From the NCBI GenBank assembly GCA_041747675.1, contig JBGTES010000027.1:15088-79087 (forward strand): a stretch of 64,000 bases of DNA. Reading direction: 5' to 3'. Positions 57,791 to 64,000 of this stretch are shown here, piece after piece. Within the stretch, counting starts at the first letter, position 1; the number at the start of each line of letters is the position of its first letter. The position numbers and the translations under genes are program-made. The notes under the pieces are model-generated. The model ran no database searches, was not told the DNA's origin, and worked only from the letters and a program-made list of their open reading frames with translations. Source of the stretch: Flavobacteriales bacterium (GTDB lineage Bacteria > Bacteroidota > Bacteroidia > Flavobacteriales_F > PHOS-HE28).

Positions 57791-57875
57791 GCAGCCCGCG
57801 TGAGCGATTGGAGCGGATACCCCGCAGCGTGGTAATCCACGCGAGGAGTATGAGCGGAAAGCGCGACCCGGCTGC
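57791..57875. repeat. structured intergenic repeat (gcagcc...ggctgc ends, internal hairpin); partial copy at 57053-57074
   Basis: cgcgtgagcgattggagcggat (57797-57818) vs cgcgtgagcgaattcagcggat (57053-57074), 19/22. Confidence 0.65.
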
Positions 57876-57923
57876 ATTTGAGCCGGGGCACGCCCATCAC
57901 TTCGCTATGCTCGTGATGACCAC

Positions 57924-59564
57924 TCACGTCTGCAACACCCCCATATTAAACTCCCTCGTCGCCGGGCTCTGGCTCGCCGCCTCTATCCCCAAACTCACCC
58001 ACGTCCGCGTCTCCAACGGATCGATCACCGCATCCAGCCACAACCTGCTTGCTGCGTAGTAGGGGCTGATAGTCTCCTCGTACTTGTCGCGGATCCTGTT
58101 CAGCAGTTCGGCTTCCTTCTCGGGGGTGATCACCTCACCCTTGGCTTTGAGGCTGGCCACTTCGATCTGCAGCATCACCTTGCTGGCCTGTTCGCCGCCC
58201 ATCACAGCCACCTGGGCGCTGGGCCAGCCCACGATCAGGCGCGGGTCGTAGGCCTTGCCGCACATGGCGTAGTTGCCGGCGCCGTAGCTGTTGCCGATGA
58301 TGATGGTGAACTTGGGCACCACGCTGTTGGCCACGGCGTTCACCAGTTTCGCGCCGTCCTTGATGATGCCGCCGTGCTCGCTGCGGCTGCCCACCATGAA
58401 GCCGGTGACGTCCTGCAGAAAGACCAGCGGGATGTTCTTCTGGTTGCAGTTGGCGATGAAGCGCGTGGCCTTGTCGGCGCTGTCGCTGTAGATCACGCCG
58501 CCGAACTGCATTTCACCCTTCTTGCTCTTCACCACCTTGCGCTGGTTGGCCACGATGCCCACGGCCCAGCCGTCGATGCGGGCGTAGGCGGTGATGATGC
58601 TCTGGCCGTAGCCTTCCTTGTATTCGGTGTAGTCGCTGTCGTCCACCAGGCGCGCGATCACCTCGCGCATGTCGTAGGGCTTGGCACGCTCGGTGGGGAT
58701 CAGGCCGTAGATCTCCTTCGGATCGGACTTCGGCGCTACAGGTTTCTCGCGGGAGAATCCAGCATCCTTCGGCTTGCCCAGCTTGTCCATGATGGCGCGG
58801 ATCTTCTTGATGCAGTCCGCATCGTCCTTGCACTTGTAGTCGGTAACGCCGCTGATCTCGCTGTGGGTGGTGGCACCGCCGAGGGTCTCGTTGTCGATGT
58901 CCTCACCGATGGCGGCCTTCACCAAGTAGCTGCCGGCGAGGAAGATGCTGCCGGTCTTCTCCACGATCAGGGCCTCGTCGCTCATGATGGGCAGGTAGGC
59001 GCCGCCCGCCACGCAGCTGCCCATGATGGCGGCGATCTGCGTGATGCCCATGGAGCTCATCACCGCGTTGTTGCGGAAGATGCGGCCAAAATGCTCCTTG
59101 TCGGGGAAGATCTCGTCCTGCATGGGCAGGTACACGCCCGCGCTGTCCACCAGGTAGATGATGGGCAGGCGGTTCTCGATAGCGATCTCCTGCGCGCGCA
59201 GGTTCTTCTTGCCCGTCATAGGGAACCACGCGCCGGCCTTCACCGTGGCGTCGTTCGCCACCACGATGCACTGGCGCTTGCTCACGTAGCCGATCACCAC
59301 CACCACACCCGCGCAGGGCGCACCGCCGTGCTCCTTGTACATGCCATCGGCCGCGAAGGCACCGATCTCGATGCGTCCGCCGTACGGCGGAGGGTCCAGC
59401 AGGGCGTCGATACGCTCGCGGGCGGTCATCTTCCCGGCCTCCTTGTGCTTGGCGATGCGCTTTTCGCCGCCGCCGAGGTGGATGGTGCGCAGGCGCTTGT
59501 TCAGCTCGCTGAGGGCAAGCTTGTTGAAGTCTTCGTTCTTGTTGAACTCGATGTCTTGGGCCAT
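57924..59564 (-). CDS. acyl-CoA carboxylase carboxyltransferase subunit (methylcrotonoyl-CoA carboxylase beta-like)
   Basis: 'GKMTARERIDALLD', 'ANDATVKAG', 'GSCVAGGAY', 'DVTGFMVG', 'SYGAGNYAMCG'. Confidence 0.95.
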   Translation of the reverse strand: MAQDIEFNKNEDFNKLALSELNKRLRTIHLGGGEKRIAKHKEAGKMTARERIDALLDPPPYGGRIEIGAFAADGMYKEHGGAPCAGVVVVIGYVSKRQCIVVANDATVKAGAWFPMTGKKNLRAQEIAIENRLPIIYLVDSAGVYLPMQDEIFPDKEHFGRIFRNNAVMSSMGITQIAAIMGSCVAGGAYLPIMSDEALIVEKTGSIFLAGSYLVKAAIGEDIDNETLGGATTHSEISGVTDYKCKDDADCIKKIRAIMDKLGKPKDAGFSREKPVAPKSDPKEIYGLIPTERAKPYDMREVIARLVDDSDYTEYKEGYGQSIITAYARIDGWAVGIVANQRKVVKSKKGEMQFGGVIYSDSADKATRFIANCNQKNIPLVFLQDVTGFMVGSRSEHGGIIKDGAKLVNAVANSVVPKFTIIIGNSYGAGNYAMCGKAYDPRLIVGWPSAQVAVMGGEQASKVMLQIEVASLKAKGEVITPEKEAELLNRIRDKYEETISPYYAASRLWLDAVIDPLETRTWVSLGIEAASQSPATREFNMGVLQT

Positions 59565-59566
59565 AT

Positions 59567-59670
59567 GATCAGAAGATCAGACGATCAGATGATCAGAAAA
59601 TGTCCTGACCCCAACTGACGGCTGTGGTGCGAAGATCGGTGACCGGGGGTAATTGTCTGATCTTCTGACC
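59567..59670. repeat. 8-mer tandem repeats (gatcagaN x4) with inverted copies at 59656-59670
   Basis: Read directly; abuts the carboxyltransferase start codon. Confidence 0.8.
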
Positions 59671-59771
59671 ACTGGTGTCCGGGAAGAACACCCGAATCGG
59701 TCGGTAAGGCCACCCAACGAGGTCATGTGAAGGAGCTTGAGCCCACAGGCTTTCTTCTTGATGCATTACTG

Positions 59772-59958
59772 AACACCGGCTGCGACCCCTCCGGGGTCGT
59801 TAATACTGGGTTGTTGTCTATCGCCCTTCGGGCTACATGCTGTGACCCCTCCGGGGTCAGAACCCGACTCTCTGTTGGGATGACCCCGGAGGGGTCACAG
59901 CATGTTGTTCTGAGATCAGAGGCGGGTCCACGACCCCGGAGGGGTGGCAGCCGGTGTT
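59772..59958. repeat. second nested REP-like composite A-B-B'-A'
   Basis: A 59772-59800, B 59833-59859, B' 59881-59905, A' 59930-59958. Confidence 0.92.
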
Positions 59959-60270
59959 ACGATCATGTTCCCGTGGACACCGATGATCATTTCATTAGCT
60001 GATGAGTCTGTCCGCATTGGCGCAACCCGCGGGCCTTTGTAATGGGTGGGTTTCCGAGTCATCCCGCTATACGGGACAGGTCCTGCGGCCGTATTCCCTG
60101 AGCGCAGCGATCAATGATCTCCTTTGATCGAGAACTTCACCCTATGCCCACTTCCCTTTCGAGGCCCATGGTCCTGATCCATATCATTCGATCGCATGAG
60201 GGGCGTCAAGTGCCGCCGAGCCTAGCCATGCCACATTCGTATGGCCGGTCAATTCCAGCCCGAGTGTTCC

Positions 60271-63200
60271 ATGCGAAACATGACCCGTTCCATCCTGCTG
60301 TTGGCCTGTCTGTTCGGTAGCATAGCGCAGCTGCATGCCGCCACGGTCACGGTCTATGTCTATAGCAACGAGTTCAGCATCAACCAGCCGCCCGGCCCGG
60401 TGGCGGACGCGGTGATCTACGTGGGCGATGTGATCCGATGGCAGCATGTGCAGGGCAACCACACCACCACCTCGGTTCCCAACAGCCCCGAGCAGTGGAA
60501 CGCGCCGATCAGCAACAGCAACCTTGTGTTCGAGTACCAATTCAACACGCCGGGTGTGTACTGGTACTACTGCATCCCCCACGGGGATCCCACGCCCGAT
60601 GGAGACCAGGCCACGGGCATGGCGGGCACCATCACGGTGCTCTCCGCGGATGCAGGCGCCTGCTGCATGCCCAATGGCACCTGCGACCTGGCCACCATGG
60701 CCGCGTGCATGGCCATGGGCGGTACCTTCCAAGGGGTGGGCACCGACTGCTCTCCCAATCCCTGCGCGGCGGGGCCGATGAGCATTACGCTGAACGCGCT
60801 GAAGGATAACAGCATCTATGCGGAGAACGGCGCAGGAAGCAACGGAGGCGGCACCTCGCTCTTCGCCGGTGTGCGGCAGAACAACATCCGGCGCAGCCTG
60901 CTGGCCTTCGACCTTGCCGCCATACCGGCCGGGTCATCCATCACGGCGGTGGAATTGCGCATGACGGCCACCACGGTGAACACCAGCCAGTCCGTGGCCC
61001 TGCACCGCCTGGGCGCCGATTGGGGCGAGGGCACCGCAGCGGGTAACATGAACACGGCCGGCACCGCAGGAACCGGCGACGCCACCTGGACGCACCGCTT
61101 CTTTGACACCCAGACCTGGACAACCCCCGGTGGGCAGTTCCAAGCCACGGCTTCGGCCAGCACCACGGTGGCGGCCACCGGCCAGATCGTGTGGAACAGC
61201 GCCACACTGCTGAGCGATGTGCAGATGTGGCAGTCCATGCCCGGTATGAACTGGGGCTGGATCGTGCGCGCGAACGAGGTGACGAACAACGTGAATGTCA
61301 CCTTCGCCAGCCGGGAGAACGCCACGGCCGCCGACCGCCCGCAGTTGGTGGTGACCTACGTGCCTGCCGGCCCCTCGGGTGCCTGCTGCATGCCCGATGG
61401 CTCCTGCATGGTCGACAGCGAAGGCAGCTGCACCATGATGGGCGGCACGTACTTCGGCGATGGCTCCACCTGCGCGGAGACCTATTGCACGGTGGCGCTC
61501 ACGCCCTTCATCGATGCGTTGCCCCTGCCGGGTGTTGCACAACCGGTGACCGGCACCCCGGGTGGCACGGCGCATTATGAACTGGCCATGACCGAGCAAT
61601 TCCAGCAGTTGCACAGCCAGCTGCCCCCAACGCGCACGTGGGGATATGCCGGCAGCTATCCCGGTCCCACCATCGAAGCACGGCGCGGCCTGCCCATCAC
61701 CGTGCAGTGGCACAACGACCTGCGCGTGGCCGAGACCGGCGTGCTGCGTACCACCCATCCGTTCTACATCGACGAGTGCATGCATGGGCCGGACGTTACC
61801 GGCTCCGTTCCCGTGGGTGTGGTACACCTGCATGGGGGCAAGACCAGCCCCGAGAGCGATGGCCCACCGGAGGCGGTCTTCGCACCCGGCCAAAGCGCGC
61901 CGATCGTTTACGATTACCCCAACAAGCAGCAGGCGGCCACCATCTGGTACCACGACCATGCGCTGGGCATCACACGCCTGAACGTGATGATGGGCCTTGC
62001 CGGCTTCTACCTGATCCGGGATGAGGTGGAGGATGCACTGGGCCTGCCCGCCGGTGAGTTCGAGGTGCCCATGGCCATACAGGACCGGCAACTCAATGGT
62101 GATGGGTCCCTGCGCTATCCGGAGGAATTGCACGACCACTTCTTCGGCGACAAGATCCTGGTGAACGGCAAGGTGTGGCCCTTCCTGAACGTGAAGCAAG
62201 GCAAGTACCGCTTCCGCATGGTGAACGGCAGCAACTCACGGGCATACACGCTGGCCCTGTCCAATGGCGCCACGTTCCACCAGATCGGGACCGATGGTGG
62301 GCTTTTGCCAGCCCCTGTCCCCCTTACGAACGTGACCTTCCTGCCTGGTGAACGCCTGGACCTGGTGTTCGATTTCAGCGGATACCCGGCCGGTACGGAG
62401 CTCATCCTCACGAACAGCGCACCGGCGCCCTTTCCCGGTTTCCCAGGTGTTGGTGTGGTTCCCAACGTGATGAAGTTCATCGTGACCAACGAAGTGGGTT
62501 ACACCTTGCCGCTGCCCGCGACGCTGGCCGATGTGCCGCCCATTCCTGCGGAAGAATCCAGCATCGAGCGCGTGTTGGAGCTGATGCTGGCGCCGAGCCA
62601 CTGTCCGGAACACACGCACCCCATGTGGACCATTGATGGGCTGATGTGGGACGACATCACGGAGCTGCCGATCAAAGGCGCAACCGAGATCTGGACATTC
62701 AAGAACAACTCGGGCATCAGCCACCCCATGCACCTGCACATGGAGTTCGGGCAGATACTGAACCGCCAGGCCATCGACGATGTGACCGGCGAACCCACCG
62801 GGCCGCTGCTGCCCCCGGCCGCCAATGAGATGGGCTGGAAGGATACCTGGGATGCACCCACCGGTTACTTCACACGGCTGGTCTTCCGATTTGATGCCTT
62901 CACGGGCATCTATCCCTACCACTGCCACATCCTGGAGCATGAGGACCACGAAATGATGCGCCAGTTCCAGGTGATCGATCCGGTGCGCGTGAACATCCGC
63001 ATGATGCTGGAAGGCCCCTACGACCCGATGACCGGCCTGATGCACGACAGCCTGCGGGTGAAAGGCCTCATCCCCTTGAAGGAGCCGTATGGCGACCTGG
63101 GCTTCCCGCTGAACGGGGGCGTTGGCGTGATGATCGCCAGCTACCAGTTGGAGGAGGCGGGGCCACAGGCCATCGTGGATTGGGTGCTGGTGGAATTGCG

Positions 63201-63717
63201 CGACGCAGTGGACCCCACGCTGGTGCTGCGCACCCGCACGGCCCTGCTGTTGCGCGATGGAACGGTGATGGCCTTCGATGGCACGCAACACATCAGCTTC
63301 GACGTAGTGCCGGGCAACTACCACATCGTTGTGAAACACCGCAACCATCTGGGTGTGATGACCGCATCGCCACTGGCGCTTGGCGCTTCGATCGCTGATC
63401 TGGACCTGGCGAACCCCGCCACCCCGGCCTTCGGCACCGAGGCGCGTAGGAACATCGGTGGCACCGCGGTGCTGTGGGCGGGTGATGTAAGCCGTGACCA
63501 GCTTCTGCAGTACACCGGTGCCGAGAACGATCGCGACCCGATCCTGGTGCGCATCGGAGGAACGGTGCCCACCAATGTTGTCACGGGCTATTTCAGCGAG
63601 GATGTGAACATGGATGGTCGTGCTTCCTACACCGGTGCGGGCAACGACCGCGACCCCATCCTGGTGAACATCGGTGGCACGGTGCCCACCAACGTCCGGT
63701 CCGCGCAATTGCCGTGA
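60271..63717 (+). CDS. secreted multidomain multicopper oxidase (cupredoxin + Cys-rich + DNRLRE-like + CotA-like MCO + dockerin-like tail)
   Basis: HLHG, WYHDH, HPMHLH and HCHILEHEDHEMM copper motifs; N-terminal H...YYCIPH...M site; two GACC motifs. Confidence 0.92.
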   Translation: MRNMTRSILLLACLFGSIAQLHAATVTVYVYSNEFSINQPPGPVADAVIYVGDVIRWQHVQGNHTTTSVPNSPEQWNAPISNSNLVFEYQFNTPGVYWYYCIPHGDPTPDGDQATGMAGTITVLSADAGACCMPNGTCDLATMAACMAMGGTFQGVGTDCSPNPCAAGPMSITLNALKDNSIYAENGAGSNGGGTSLFAGVRQNNIRRSLLAFDLAAIPAGSSITAVELRMTATTVNTSQSVALHRLGADWGEGTAAGNMNTAGTAGTGDATWTHRFFDTQTWTTPGGQFQATASASTTVAATGQIVWNSATLLSDVQMWQSMPGMNWGWIVRANEVTNNVNVTFASRENATAADRPQLVVTYVPAGPSGACCMPDGSCMVDSEGSCTMMGGTYFGDGSTCAETYCTVALTPFIDALPLPGVAQPVTGTPGGTAHYELAMTEQFQQLHSQLPPTRTWGYAGSYPGPTIEARRGLPITVQWHNDLRVAETGVLRTTHPFYIDECMHGPDVTGSVPVGVVHLHGGKTSPESDGPPEAVFAPGQSAPIVYDYPNKQQAATIWYHDHALGITRLNVMMGLAGFYLIRDEVEDALGLPAGEFEVPMAIQDRQLNGDGSLRYPEELHDHFFGDKILVNGKVWPFLNVKQGKYRFRMVNGSNSRAYTLALSNGATFHQIGTDGGLLPAPVPLTNVTFLPGERLDLVFDFSGYPAGTELILTNSAPAPFPGFPGVGVVPNVMKFIVTNEVGYTLPLPATLADVPPIPAEESSIERVLELMLAPSHCPEHTHPMWTIDGLMWDDITELPIKGATEIWTFKNNSGISHPMHLHMEFGQILNRQAIDDVTGEPTGPLLPPAANEMGWKDTWDAPTGYFTRLVFRFDAFTGIYPYHCHILEHEDHEMMRQFQVIDPVRVNIRMMLEGPYDPMTGLMHDSLRVKGLIPLKEPYGDLGFPLNGGVGVMIASYQLEEAGPQAIVDWVLVELRDAVDPTLVLRTRTALLLRDGTVMAFDGTQHISFDVVPGNYHIVVKHRNHLGVMTASPLALGASIADLDLANPATPAFGTEARRNIGGTAVLWAGDVSRDQLLQYTGAENDRDPILVRIGGTVPTNVVTGYFSEDVNMDGRASYTGAGNDRDPILVNIGGTVPTNVRSAQLP

Positions 63718-63760
63718 GGGTGCGTCGGCACAGCCCTGTGGCGCAACTATTTTCGTGGCC

Positions 63761-64000
63761 ATGCGGATGACCCGTCGCGTGATCCTGTGGTCGGTCCTTC
63801 CCTTGTTGGGCTTGGGCTTCGCCTGGCATGCCTGGAAGAATGGGGGAATGATAGCGGGTCCGCGCAGTGGTTCGAACTACGCCTTGTCCGCCGAGGAGAC
63901 CGCCCTGCTCCAGGACGGCGACATCATCCTGCGGCGCGGCTCGGGCATGGTGAGCGACATGATCGCGAAGCTGCTGAATGAGGACCACGATCTGAGCCAC
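63761..64000 (+). CDS. YiiX/YebB-like permuted papain (NlpC/P60) protein, 3' truncated by window edge
   Basis: Own translation: MRMTRRVILWSVLPLLGLGFAW...LLQDGDIILRRGSGMVSDMI...LSH; TATTTTCG -7 box at 63748-63755. Confidence 0.75.
   Translation, partial: MRMTRRVILWSVLPLLGLGFAWHAWKNGGMIAGPRSGSNYALSAEETALLQDGDIILRRGSGMVSDMIAKLLNEDHDLSH

Noticed and set aside
1-64000. tRNA, rRNA, IS transposase or phage structural genes
   Set aside because: None were recognised. The fibre-like protein has a signal peptide and no phage context.

Overview
This 64-kb chromosomal window comes from a high-GC Bacteroidota genome, probably Flavobacteriales. The evidence is TAnnTTTG/TAnnTTCG-type -7 promoter boxes, TonB-dependent receptors, T9SS-type C-terminal domains and a TPR-LytS/LytTR two-component pair. 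Gene content in order: the end of an M16 peptidase, a polysaccharide glycosyltransferase/wcaF operon, a TonB receptor plus lipoprotein, an Rrf2-associated sulfur/oxyanion cluster, ygiD, a MarR-RND efflux operon, a tricorn-like S41 protease, many small stress genes, secreted T9SS/fibre proteins, a DUF1801/YdeI/Fic cluster, the TIGR03916/TIGR03915 pair, an acyl-CoA carboxyltransferase and a large multidomain multicopper oxidase. I saw no rRNA, tRNA, CRISPR array, integrase or transposase. The most striking structure lies at gene junctions. Tiny integrase-free cassettes (TA pairs or single foreign genes) are bounded by duplicated termini of the host gene. The last 17-18 codons of ygiD occur three times in tandem, differ only at synonymous sites, and are separated by cassettes. 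The first 16 codons of wcaF are duplicated around a PIN TA pair. Many of these junctions also show a polarised G-rich/C-poor skew pointing toward the insertion site and carry 7-9-mer repeats or REP-like palindromes, including two nested A-B-B'-A' elements. Family names come from motif recognition, not database searches.
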